DNA from: Octopus vulgaris
Lineage: Eukaryota
Assembly (NCBI GenBank): GCA_951406725.2
Contig: OX597818.1
Coordinates: 115,940,001 to 116,004,000 of the forward strand
Reading direction: 5' to 3'
DNA length: 64,000 bases
Positions 51,050 through 64,000 of the stretch are shown here, one piece after another. The notes under the pieces are model-generated. The model had not been told where the DNA came from, searched no databases, and worked only from the letters and a program-made list of their open reading frames with translations. Made by a program: the position numbers and the translations under genes. The stretch's first letter is position 1. Every line of letters starts with the position of its first letter.

Positions 51050-51900
51050 GCGGTTTTATGCTGAAATGTTCTAAGCAAAACTAAATGCAATACCAATAAA
51101 ATACACTGGACTTGGAGAAATTACAGTCCCAGAGACAGAGTGCGCGACCTGGGCATTTACATGAGTGATGATGCATCCTTTGATGTACATGTTGCTAAGT
51201 TGGCAATGAATTGTAGACAGCTGACCGGATGGATTCTTAGAACTTTTAAATCGAGAGATCAGGAAACCATGCTGGTCCTCTGGAGGACATTTGTCCTAAG
51301 CCGCTTTGACTATTGCTCCCAGCTATGGTCACCAACTAGTGTAAAAATAATTGCAGAACTTGAGGCAATCCAATGAAGCTACACGAAGACGATAGCCTCT
51401 ATGCAGCATGTAAGCTACTAGGAAAAACTCCAGAGGTTGAGACTCTATTCCCTGGAGCGTAGGCGGGAAAGATATGCCGTAATATACATCTGGAAGATCC
51501 TGGAGTGACTCGTCCCACACTTTGGCATTGAGAGTTACACTAACGCTAGAACGGGCCGCCACTGCATAGTGCTAAAGATTCCAACTTTGCTATCAAAATA
51601 TAGTACAAGATATTGCAACAGCCTGCGCTTTAAAGGACCACAGCTCTTCAATATCCTTCCAAAGGACCTGAGAGACCTGCATGAGATGGATGTAGGTGTT
51701 TGCAAAACGAAACTAGACCCCTTAATGTCAAGTGTTCCAGATGAACCAACTTCACAGCAGGAAGTGCAAATGAGGGTACCGGCGTCAAACTTCCTCATGG
51801 ACCAAATATCAAGTTCCAAAATGAATTCGTGAAGTAAAAGTTATGTAGCAACACCACATGGCGGTGCCCCAGTATGGCCACAGCTGAGCTGAAACCGGTT
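51050..51900 (+). mobile_element. 3' end of a CR1/L2-like LINE (RT thumb to 3' UTR)
   Basis: RDLGIYMSDDASF...GWILRTFKSRD...FVLSRFDYCSQLWSP...LYSLERRRERYAVIYIWKIL, with in-frame stops; ends GGCGGTGCCCCAGTATGGCCACAGC...TGAAAC. Confidence 0.85.
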
Positions 51901-52381
51901 CAATTCAGTTCATATTATATCCGTCTACGGTAACAAATCAGGCTAGGTACTGTAATTGATGTTGAAAATTGTACTTAGCTCTTTTCAGCTGATCAATTAG
52001 TGCCTTGATTGCTTAATTAACTAATCAAGAACGCTATTTATTTTCATTAACTCATTAATATCTTTTAAAGGCGTTGCCTTCAATTCGTTTGTGACAGTTT
52101 GTTTCCATTAAAAAGAAAAACTGTGACGAGTGTGCGTGTACGTGCATGTGTGTGTGTGTATGTGTGTGTGTATGTGTGTGTGTGTGTGTGCGCGTGTGTA
52201 TGTGTGTGTGTGTGTGTGTGTGTACGGGAAGGAGTACTTTTATTTATGGTTTAGATATGTCTATGCTTTGTCATGACAAAACTGAATTCTTTTATCATAA
52301 CAAAGATAACAAAACCAAAGTTTTTTTGTTTTCTTCTATTTTTTGCCGTTGTCTTTAAATCCGCAATCCTCTTCATTGCAA

Positions 52382-52985
52382 AGGTGGCGTGCTGGCTGAA
52401 ACGTTAACATGTCGGGCGAAATGCTTAGCGGTATTTCGTCTGCCGTTACGTTCTGAGTTCAAATTCCACCGAGGTCGACTTTGCCTTTCATCCTTTCGGG
52501 GTCAATTAAATAAGTACTAGTTGCGCACTGGGATCGATATAATCAACTTAATCCGTTTGTCTGTCCTTGTTTGTCCCCTCTGTATTTAGCCCCTTGTGGG
52601 TAATAAAGAAATAGGTATTTCGTCTGCCGTTACGTTCTGAGTTCAAATTCCACCGAGGTCGACTTTGCCTTTCATCCTTTCGGGGTCGATTAAATAAGTA
52701 CTAGTTGCGCACTGGGATCGATATAATCAACTTAATCCGTTTGTCTGTCCTTGTTTGTCCTCTCTGTATTTAGCCCCTTGTGGGTAGTAAAGAAATAGGT
52801 ATTTCGTCTGCCGCTACGTTCTGAGTTCAAATTCTGCCGAGATCGACTTTACTTTTCATCTTTTCGGGGTCGATTAAATAAGTACCAGTTACGCACTGGG
52901 GTCGATGTAATCGACTTAATCCGTTTGTCTGTCCTTCTTTGTCCCCTTTATGTTTAGCCTCTTGTGGGCAATAAAGAAATAAGAA
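52382..52985 (+). mobile_element. Trimer of hairpin-head SINE (one head plus three 184-bp units)
   Basis: GTATTTCGTCTGCC starts at 52431, 52615 and 52799. Confidence 0.9.
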
Positions 52986-54193
52986 TTACAGCCAAACCTC
53001 CCTTTAATCACACTTTATTCTCTTCAAATAAAGGACACATTGAAAAAAGCAGCCACGGGGAAACTGAAAGAAAGACTGCAAACATATTTGATCATAGTGT
53101 TGCTGGATCAAGGTTGACCTGGGGTTAAACGACAGAGTCAACAACTGTTCGTTTCTTTCTAACCCGCAAACACACTCAGGTACAAGTGATACCTCATTAC
53201 TCTTCCGTCCCTTCCCCGCATACAAGTGTTAGTTACTTGCAGCCCGAACGCAAATTCTTTTCCCACTAGAGTTCCGGACCCCAGTTATGACTTCATTGGC
53301 ATACAGCCAATCAGAGCTTAACTATCAAGCTAATTTATGAGCGCATAACAATTAGCACATAACAAGTGATGGGCGATAAGATAAGGTCACTTGGGTAAGG
53401 AATGACCATGCTTCTTCTTTCTTTTAAGAATGCTTGCTGTTCTTGTTCTTGTTTCAACCATAACTGCCTCTGCGTAGTTATTGTTGTTTACTTTGTAAAA
53501 GCAGTGGTGGAAGCACTCCGTCGGTTACGACGATGAGGGTTCCGGTTGATCCGAATCAACGGAACAGCCTGCTCGTGAAATTAACGTGTAAGTGGCTGAG
53601 CACTCCACAGACACGTGCACCCTTAAGGTAGTTCTCGGGGATATTCAGCGTGACACAGAGAGTGACAAGGCCGGACCCCTTGAAATATAGGTACAACAGA
53701 AACAGGAAGTAAGAGTCAGAGAAAGTTGTGGTGAAAGAGTACAGCAGGGATCACCACCATCCCTGCCGGAGTCTCGTGGAGCTTTTAGGTGTTTTCGATC
53801 AATAAACACTCACAACACCCGGTCTGGGAATCGAAACCGCGAGTCCGCTGCCCTAACCACTGGGCCATTGCGCCTCCACTGTAAAAACAGTAAGAGGAGA
53901 GGGATTCTAGCACACCACCCTCTACCCACATTTTTCCCGATGCAAATCTATCTAATTACTTGTCTCCCTCTAAAATCAGGCATAACTTGGCGATCGGTCG
54001 ACTTACAACACCGTTCTTCATCTTGAGTTTACTTGGTAGAGTGTGTTTTACCAAGAGATTGGTTGTTTTTAACACATTCATGAATGTTATGTTGGGCTTT
54101 GCATCTAGGCATAATCTGAGAGCTGAACATCACCTTTCCTTTCACAATTTCCAAACAATCCTTCAACGGTCTGCCAGCACCAATGCAGTTTCT

Positions 54194-54607
54194 TATTTCT
54201 TTACTACCCACAAGGGGCTACACACAGAGAAGATAAACAAGGACAGACAAAGGGATTAAGTTGATTACATCGACCCAGTGCGTAACTGGTACTTAATTTA
54301 TCGACCCCGAAAGGATGAAAGGCAAAGTCGACCTCGGCGGGATTTGAACTCAGTATGTAAAGGCAGACGAAATACCTATTTCTTTACTACCCACAAGGGG
54401 CTAAACACAGAGGGGACAAACAAGGACAGACAAACGGATTAAGTTGATTACATCGACCCAGTGCGTAACTGGTACTTAATTTATCGACCCCGAAAGGATG
54501 AAAGGCAAAGTCGACCTTGGCGGGATTTGAACTCAGAACGTAACGGCAGACGAAATACCGCTAAGCATTTCGCCCGGTGTGCTTAACGGTTCTGTCTGCT
54601 CACCGCT
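54194..54607 (-). mobile_element. Dimer of hairpin-head SINE with 16-bp TSD
   Basis: CACCAATGCAGTTTCT at 54178-54193 and 54608-54623 flanks both units. Confidence 0.9.
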
Positions 54608-55427
54608 CACCAATGCAGTTTCTGCCACCACCAACCATCTTTCTCCCGGATGCTGCAGTTGGTTGCACACCAATTGTCTACATACTGGTTAGAGATTTTC
54701 GGTAATTCAAACTTACCGCTAACCAGCGTATGTGTTCAGTGTCGATGATATTGGGTTTTGAATGAGAGGACAATACAAGCTTCGCATGGCAATCGGAGGT
54801 CGCCATTTTAAATGCCAACCTTTGTTAACTTGACAACAAGGTCAAGGTGAGCTCTCATTGGCTGTATGCAAATTAGTTCATTAGTGGGGTCTGGAACACT
54901 TGTGGGAAAACATTTCGCAGCCCGGACACCCCAGATCAGATATCTGTTTCTTTATTGCCCACAAGGAGCTAAACATAGAGGGGGCAAACAAGGACAGACA
55001 AACGGATTAAGTCGATTACATCGACCCCAGTGCGAAACTGGTACTTAATTTATCGACCCCGAAAGGATGAAAGGCAAAGTCGACCTCGGCGGAATTTGAA
55101 CTCAGAACGCAACGACAAACGCAATACCGCTAAGCATTTCGCCCGGTGTGCTAACGTTTCTGCCAGCTCGCCGCCTTAGTCGACCTCGGCGGAATTTGAA
55201 CCCAGATCAGATATCAACTAGTTACAGGGACGGTGGTCTGAAACAGCGTTGCCCCAAACTTTATTGGTCCACGCGCAGAACAAAACAACAAAGTGCATAA
55301 TAATTTAATAATAATTTAATAACAATTAATAATAAAAAAGCGTAATAATTTAATTATTACATGTATACAACACATACATATATGTATATGTATTTATACA
55401 TATATATATACGTGTATACACACACAC

Positions 55428-55465
<38 letters not shown>

Positions 55466-56034
55466 GTATATGTGTGTCGGTGTTTGTCCCACCCCTCTAT
55501 CGCTTGACAACTGATGTTGGTGTGTTTGCGTTCCTTTAACTAAACGGTTCGGCAAAAGTGACCGATGAAATAAGTACTAGGCTTACAAAGAATAAGTCCT
55601 GGGTTCGATTTGCTTCGACTAAAGGCGGTGGCGGTGCTCCAGCATGGTCGCAATCAAATGACTGAAACAATTAAAAGAATATAAGAATAAAAGAATATAC
55701 GAAACGATACTTGCTTCACATAAGTAACGTTCACTGTGTATACTTATACACACAATCACATACGTATACACGTACGGAGACTTTATGTATGTGACAACAC
55801 ACTCACACACACAGACACTCACACACATACACACACAGAGGTGTTTGTATGTGTGTGTGTGTGTACGTATGTATATATCGATCATTCTACAGATCGATAG
55901 ACGGATATAAAGCATTGTTAGGAAAGATGGGTGTGTTTAGATCGGATATTAATTGTAATTTCATTAGTATTTCATATTTAAAAAACAGAAATGCTAATGT
56001 ACTATTTAATATTTCTGTAAACTAAGGCAGAAAC

Positions 56035-56578
56035 GAGCTGGCAGAAACGTTAGCACGCCGGGCGAAATGCGCAGCCGTATTTCGTCTGCCGTTACGTTCT
56101 GAGTTCAAATTCCGCCGAGGTCGACTTTGCCTTTCGGGGCCGATTAAATAAGTACTACTTATGCACTGGAGTCGATATAATCGAATTAATCCGTTTGTCT
56201 GTCTTTGTTTGTTCTCTCTGTGTTTAGCCCCTTGTGGGTAGTAAAGAAATAGAAATAGGTATTTCGTCTGCTGTTACGTTCTGAGTTCAAATTCTGCCGA
56301 GGTCGACTTTGCCTTTCATCCTTTCGGGGTCGATAAATTAAGTACCAGTTACGCACCGGGGTCGATGTAATCGACTTAATCCGTTTGTCTGTCCTTGTTT
56401 TCCCTCTCTGTGTTTAGCCCCTTGTGGGTAGTAAAGAAATAGGTATTTCGTCTGCCGCTACGTTCTGAGTTCAAATTCCGGTCGATAAAATAAGTACCAC
56501 TTGCGTACTGAGGTCGATCTAATCGACTGGCCCCATCCCCCAAAATTTCGGGCCTTGTGCCTAGAGTAGGAAAGATTA
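56035..56578 (+). mobile_element. Trimer of hairpin-head SINE, last unit with the alternative tail
   Basis: Two AAAGAAATAG|GTATTTCGTCTG junctions; final unit ends GGGCCTTGTGCCTAGAGTAG. Confidence 0.85.
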
Positions 56579-56589
56579 TCTCTGTAAAG

Positions 56590-56960
56590 ATATCAGTTTG
56601 TCTGAGATAGCTAGGTTGGTGTTACCACATTTGTGGCACATAGGCTTTCTCACTTCCACTATCGCAAGCAGATGTTTGTCCTCCAGTATAAGTCGGAGAT
56701 GATTTTCGAGCTTTCCTTTACTGGTTTGAAGTAGAACATCCATAACTATCCATGACCAGTGTTCCTGCTGGCTAATTTGTGCGACTTCAGTATTGTTGTA
56801 TCCTACTCGTCACCCTCTGTCATCAACTACGAGTTGCTTATTTCCGGTAGCATTTCTACATTCCTTACCTTCCCTACTCTGAGATGGATTAAATAGCGAT
56901 GCTTGAATTTATGTCATTATGGTAAATATTTGAATAATGTCTTCGATTTCCTTCCATAGA
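56590..56960 (-). mobile_element. Possible LINE ORF1 (zinc-knuckle) remnant
   Basis: Minus strand LRLILEDKHLLAIVEVRKPMCHKCGNT resembles the VEGRxPxCxxC entry to L1/Tx1 ORF1 knuckles; degenerate. Confidence 0.4.
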
Positions 56961-57101
56961 TACATTTGTTTAAAGGGAAACACTTGAATTTGTTTCATTA
57001 CAGATTAAAGATTTCGATTGTCTTCTATTAAAAGGTTAAGCAACACTTTGAAAGAAACTAAGTAAATAAATATTTAAAACAACAACAGCAGCAGCAGCCG
57101 T

Positions 57102-57133
<32 letters not shown>

Positions 57134-58229
57134 TAGTAGTAGCAGCAGCAGCGACAACAGCAAGAGGTGGAGGCACAATGGCCCAGTGGTTAGGGCAGCG
57201 GACTCGCGGTCGTAAGAACGCGCTTTCGATTCCCAGACAGGGCATTGTGAGTGTTTATTGAGCAAAAACACCTAAGCTCCAAGAGGCTCCGGCGGGGTGG
57301 TGGTGGAGGTGGTGAAACCCGCTGTACTCTTTCACCACAAAAGGTCGACCTACCTTTTTATCGGCTGTAAATTTTGATCTGAAAATGTCGACCTATACAC
57401 CGGAAAATATGGTTACAGAATTAGAAAACGACGAAACATTGTTTCCACTAGGCTTCCATACTTATACGCTTTTCTATCGTTGTTGTTAGTTGTTTATTTT
57501 ATTCCCAGGTCAGCTCCGACTGGTCGACTTATTTATGAAAGGGGATTCTAGCCATGACAACCACTTCTCATAATCCCAGGTCTATTTATTTGAAGTAGTC
57601 TGAATTGTCTTATTAAAAAACTTTGGACCATGATACGTAGACACAACGATTATTTCTAGCATGTCGTGTGACCTCGTAAAGGCTTCCACCTTATTGGCAA
57701 ACTAAAATGACATCTAATATTGGACCGAGGACTTAAAAATGCCAGTCAGCTTAAAAGAAAATCCCCCACCTTTGTCGGCATTTTAAATCAGACATATTTA
57801 ACAAGTAGGTTGGAGGTTGAAGCCTCCAGCAATTTTAACCTAAATTCTGACCATATTTCGGACAGAAACAAACTGAGCCGACTTTCTCATTGAAATGCTT
57901 TCTTCTAGGATTCTTAATAAAATAAATACTTAGTTTATCGATTCTCAAAGTCTTCTGGTTTAATGCTTGTTGTCTTTTTTTCTGTCTTTCTTAAATCATC
58001 TATTTATTTATCTACTTTATTTTATTTTATTTGAGCTGATATTGCTTGACGAAGGATGAAACAATACAAATAATAGCGCATTGCAAACTCACACACACAA
58101 AAACAAAAAAAAAAACAAAAAGCAAAAATAAAACGTCCACCTACACACGCACATAGATATACATATATTTTTACACAAATACACACACACACACACATGC
58201 GCGCGCGCGTGTGTTACCGAGAATAGTAA

Positions 58230-58363
58230 CATTGTGAGTGTATGTATCTATTTATGTATGTATGTATGTATGTATGTATATACAGGTATATATTTATGTA
58301 TTTATAAACATGTATATGTGTATAAATATATACACACACATATATATATATTATATATACATA

Positions 58364-58402
<39 letters not shown>

Positions 58403-58455
58403 GTATATATATGTATGTATATATGTATGTATATATACATATGCATATATATATG

Positions 58456-58524
<69 letters not shown>

Positions 58525-58609
58525 ATACACACATGCATATATGTGTATGTATGTATCTATACATACATGCATGCATATATACATGTATATATGCATATAT
58601 GCATAAATG

Positions 58610-58653
<44 letters not shown>

Positions 58654-58845
58654 TATTTAGACATGATACCTACCTACCTACATAAATACACGCACTTATA
58701 TATACATATACATACATATATGCATATGTACACGTATATATTTAGACATCCATATGTAAATATAATATACACACATATATACATACATGTATACTTAAAT
58801 GCAGACATACACACACATACACATACACACACAGACGCACATACG

Positions 58846-58892
<47 letters not shown>

Positions 58893-59031
58893 AGGGTGTA
58901 CAAATACAGAATGCCGTGCTCACACATACACATATAGACTTGCATGTATAACAACACCGAAATATAAGTGTATATATTTGCACATATTTGAGCTTCTCTG
59001 TCGGTGGCTATTCTCGGTAACAGCTCCCCTC

Positions 59032-59063
<32 letters not shown>

Positions 59064-59100
59064 CACACACACACACATACACACACACACACACACACGA
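58230..59100. repeat. Long degenerate (TA)/(TATG)/(CA) microsatellite field
   Basis: Read directly; it is the source of many spurious Y/I/M ORFs. Confidence 0.95.
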
Positions 59101-60612
59101 CTAAATCTAAGGAAGACAACTATTTTGGTTTGCATAGAATTTAAATTTCTCGCTAGATTATACACAGTAGCGGATATAGAATGTGATGGACGGTATGTTA
59201 GTGTTCGAATTCTTTTGTCTGTGGCTTACGACACAGACAACCTTGGTTTAGAAGCAACGATAGAGAAATGGAAGACATGGCTATGGGGTTAAGAACAACG
59301 CTTCGCAACCATTTTGTTCCGAGTTCGGTTCCGTTCGACGGCATCAAGATCAAATGACTTCTGCTAAAACTACGCGTCGATCAGTGCTACATACACACAC
59401 GTACACACACACATACACACACACAAGCACGCATACACACACACAAGCACGCATACACACACACACATACACACCAGAGAATAAGGCGTCTGACTTTGAA
59501 TCAGAATATTACGAGTTCGAGTCTCGTCGTGGTCGAGTGTGTTTTTATTGACGCAGGTGTGACTGTGCGAGAAGTCTCTTTCCCAATCACATGGTTCCGG
59601 GTTCAGTCTCAATGCGTGGCTCCTCGGGCAAATGTCTTCTACTATAGCACCGGGCCGACCAAAGACTTGTGAGTGGATTTGGTTGACGGAAACTAAAAGA
59701 AACCCGTCGTGTGTATGTTTATGCATGTATGTATGTATGTATGCATGTATGTATGTATGTATGCATGCATGTATTTATGCACACACACACACACACAAAA
59801 TTTCGGGCCTTGTGTCTAGAGCAGAAAAGAATTGGTACTTATTTTATCGACCCTGAGAGGATGCAAGGAAAGTCGAACACAGCTGAATTTGAGCTCAAGA
59901 TGTAAAGACGGACGAAACAACGCTAAGCATTTAGTCCGGCGTGCTAACGATTCTGCCAGCTAGGCGCCCTAGTTAAGCTTAATATTATTATACTAACAGT
60001 TTCAAAACATGTCTACACAATTATGTAATAGAAAATATGTTTAGCTTTCTGTACGCCTTCTGTAAACGATCTCTATTAAAGGACAACCCTGTCTTTCCAA
60101 TATTTACACCCTCCCCCTCTAAAACCAATTTCTTCACCCATATATATGAGATCTTTTCTTAATATATAAATATACAATTTGAGATTATCCTTTTATAATT
60201 AAATCACACCAATTCGCCGAATACAATGATAAACTTCGAACTAATTTAATAATATGTAGATAAAAATATTCTCATTTATGAGTTGATATCGAGATAATTG
60301 AATTATAAATTGAAAACTTTGGAAACACATAATTTATATTTTTACACAGGAGATTACTAATATAATATCCTTTTATATATGTTTTCCCAATCACTGTCGT
60401 TACTATTAATTTATTTCTTCATCCAAAGTATTTTGATACGAAATGTTATGACGCTAATAAGCACCATACTTTAGTTATTTCCTTTATTATTACATTATAT
60501 TATATTTTCCTTCCGTCTACTGTTTCCAAAACGCAAAATTGAAAATGTCTTGGATTAATTACCCTCTAATTTAATTTACCGTTATTTCTGCTTGCGTTTC
60601 TCGTTTAACTTA

Positions 60613-61192
60613 ATCCTTTCTACTATAGGCACAAGGCCTGAAATTTTGGGGGAAGGGGACAAGTCGATTACATCGACCCCAATGCGTAACTGGTACTTAA
60701 TTTATCGACTCTGAAAGAATGAAAAGCAAAGTCGACCTCGGCGCCCAAAATTTCGGACCTTATGCTTCGAGTAGAAAAAGATTTCGTCTGTCTTTACGTT
60801 CTGCGTTCAAATTCCGCCGAAGTCAACTTTGCCTTTCATCGTTTCGGGGTCGATAAATTAAGTACCAGTTGCGTACTAGGGTCGATCTAATCGACTGGCA
60901 CCCTCCCCCAAAATTTCGGGCCTCGTGCCTAGAGTAGAAAAAAATTTCGTCTGTCCTACGTTCTGAAGTCTGCCGAAGTCGACTTTGCTTTTCATTGTTT
61001 CTGGGTCGATAAATTAAGTACCAGTTATGTACTGGGAGTCGATCTAATCGACTGCCCCTCCCCCCAAATTTCGGGGCCTTGTGATTAGAGTATAAAAAGA
61101 TTTTGTCTGTCTTTACGTTCTGAGTTCAAATTCCGCCGAGGTCGACTTTGCCCCTTCCCCAAAATTTCGGGCCTTGTGCCTAGAGTAGAAAA
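60613..61192. mobile_element. Inverted monomer plus three headless tandem units of the hairpin-head SINE (short-tail form)
   Basis: Units restart at ATTT(C/T)GTCTGTC after AGTA(G/T)AAAA tails near 60781, 60944 and 61100. Confidence 0.75.
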
Positions 61193-61555
61193 AAAACAAA
61201 CAAACAAATAGATGAGAATCAACTAAAAGTAAGATGGTTGGAATAAATACATTTCCTACAAAATACAATCAACTTGAGCTCGTATGAGCCAAGAGTGAGT
61301 AAATCGGCGGAAATTTATAATAGCTAGTAGTTATCCCCGGAGATTTCACGGTTAACTGGAAGACTTTTAGATTGGGAAGCTTGTTGAAAAATACCAAACT
61401 TGTGTTTTATTTTTGAAGTATTTAATTCTTAAGATAATGCAAATTCACGTAGATAGAACTCCGTGGCACTTTGGGTAAGTGTTTTCTACTATAGCCTGGG
61501 GACGACCAAAGCCTTGTGAGTGGATATTGTAGACGGAAAGTGAAAGAAGCCCGTC

Positions 61556-61618
<63 letters not shown>

Positions 61619-61869
61619 TCGTTTTATTATTTTTTTTTATTTGTCATTTGATTGCGGACATGCTGTCGCACCACCTTTTGTCGAAAAAAATCGACCCAAT
61701 GACTTATTGTTTGTAAGTCTAGTACTTATTCTATCGACGCTTTTGCCGAACCGTTAAGTTTCGGTGACGTAAACATACCAACATCGGTTGTCAAGCGATG
61801 GCGGGGGGCGGGGAGGGATAAATATATACACACTCATACATATACACACATACAAACAACATACACACA

Positions 61870-61909
<40 letters not shown>

Positions 61910-62886
61910 TACAACGGGCTTCTTTAAGTTTCCGTCTACCAAATCCACTCACAAGGCTTTGATCGGCTCGAGGCTATAGTAGAAGAAACTTGCCCAAGAT
62001 GCCACGCAGTAGACTGAACCCGGAACGATGTGGTTGGGAAGCAAGCTTCTTATCACACAGCCGCTCTGTGTATGTGTTTATACCGGCGTTTGTCCCCCAT
62101 CGCCTCTTGACAATCGGTGTTCGTGTGTTTATGTCTCCGTAAAATAGCGGAAATGTTGGCACGCCGGGCAAAATACTTAGCGGCGTTTCGTCCGTCGTCA
62201 CGTTCTGAGTTCAAATCCTGCTGGGGTCGACTTTTCCTTTCATTCTCTCGGGGTCGTTAAAATAAATACCAGTTGAACACTGGGGGCGATGTAATCGATT
62301 TCCCCACTCTCCCTAAATTGCTGGCCTTGTACCAAAAATTGGAACCGATATTACTATCCAGAATGGTAGGGTTACCTTTACGACTGACTTTTTTGATCTT
62401 GTCTGCATCTGTTTGAAAAACCAGGTTTTGATATTAGTACTCAAACAACTACTAACAATTGACTGTTTCTCTGTGACTTGTTGCTTATTTAGATCTGACT
62501 GTTCCGTCGGAGATATGAAACAAAAGGTGATGAGGCTTGATTTTTGATAAACATTGTTACGTCATAATGGAAACATTTCGACAAAGAAAATCCCGCAGTT
62601 CTTTCCCTTTATGTAAAAGTTCTGACAACTGGACGGATCCCGATCATGCAAAGGTCAATTAGGGAATTATAACTTTATAGTAAATATATCTTTTAATAAT
62701 TAGTCCAGATTCTGGAAAAAAATATTCGCTGGAGTGGCTGTGTGATAAGTAGCTTGCTTACCAACCACATGGTTCCGGGTTCAGTCTCACTGCGTGGCAC
62801 CTTGGGCAACTGTCTTCTACTATAGCTTCGGGCCGACCAAAACCTTGTGCGTGGATTTGATAGACGGAAACTGAAAGAAGCCCGTC

Positions 62887-62993
<107 letters not shown>

Positions 62994-63235
62994 GTATGTA
63001 TGTATGTGTGTGTGTATATGTTTGTGTGTCTGTGTTTGTTCCCCCCAACAGCGCTTGACAACCGATGCTGGTGTGTTTACGTCCCCGTAACTTAGCGGTG
63101 CGGCAAAAGAGACCGATAGAACAAGTACTAGGCTTACAAAGAATAAGTCCTTGAGGTCGATTTGCTCGACTAAAGGCGGTGCTCCGGCATGGCCACATTC
63201 AAATGACTGAAACAAATAAAAGAAAAAAGAATAAA

Positions 63236-63329
<94 letters not shown>

Positions 63330-64000
63330 GCATGTATTTGTGTTTGTTTGTTTGTCGCCCCACCATCGCTTGACAACCGATGTTGGTGTGTTTACGTCCT
63401 CGTAACATTAACGGTTCGGCAAAAGAGACCGATAGAATAAGTACTAGGCTTACAAAGAATAAGGCCTGAGTCGATTTATTCGACTAAAAGGTCGTGCTCC
63501 AGCATGGACGCAGTCAAATGATTGAAACAAGTAAAAGAGGAACCAACTGGTCCTGTGGTCGCTCGGTTTCCTAGGAACAGCATCCAGTTCTCGCTTAAAT
63601 CTTACCTTACTGTCTTAAACGGCCAACTTTGTATCACCATTGACGCCTCTACGTGGTCACTCAATCTGCTAGAAGTAGCAGTCATTTCTCTCTCAAATCA
63701 CTTCCTACCGTCCGAACTAAAGACACATTCAATAATATAGCATGACTTTACCTGTTAAATCCACATAATGGTTATTAATGATGTTTTTGATTTTTACGTT
63801 TGTTCAATCATGCTTGACATAAAGCCATATCAGTCGAAAATACAGATATTTCCGCTGGTAAAGTTAATTGACAACTTTTATAAAAGAGACTTGAAATCCA
63901 AGAAAAATAACTTGGGATTGTAAAAGAGTTATTTCCCTTGCATTATCTGCTTCGACTGTCTCATTTTACGTGCTGTGATCATATAATGGAACGAGATCAA

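Noticed and set aside
52431-52985. Regularly spaced repeats resembling a CRISPR array
   Set aside because: Whole 184-bp units repeat with no unique spacers; the context is eukaryotic SINE DNA and there are no cas genes.
58234-59165. Cluster of Y/I/M-rich ORFs (likewise 62693-63408 and the ERERER/HTHTHT ORFs elsewhere)
   Set aside because: Dinucleotide repeats lack stops; there is no coding signal.

Overview
AT-rich, microsatellite-dense, repeat-saturated animal genomic DNA. The SINE, RTE and Helitron complement resembles Octopus/coleoid cephalopod DNA (inference, not searched). Two convergent spliced genes can be built by hand. (1) EXOSC4/RRP41, + strand, 3 exons (11807-11977, 15840-16046, 18752-19120), 248 aa. 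(2) An uncharacterised minus-strand gene, 3 coding exons (42787-42649, 35566-35467, 28940-27062), 705 aa, with a compact N-terminal segment and a long Ser/Asp/Asn-rich tail; its two small exons are absent from the ORF track. The rest is mostly mobile DNA: at least four SINE families, decayed RTE, L1/Tx1, CR1/L2-like and R4/Dong LINEs, non-autonomous Helitrons (one head-to-tail dimer), a Tc1 fragment, several MITEs, one clear and one possible solo LTR, Penelope-like inverted repeats carrying hammerhead-like motifs, and a 37-bp minisatellite. The most unusual signal is a SINE that forms multimers at five loci, always re-joined at about the same nucleotide, the 3' edge of a hairpin loop in its head; one dimer is enclosed by a single 16-bp TSD. 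Other notable items are hammerhead-ribozyme-like folds and short duplications of exon ends in both genes. No databases were searched; family names rest on recognised motifs.
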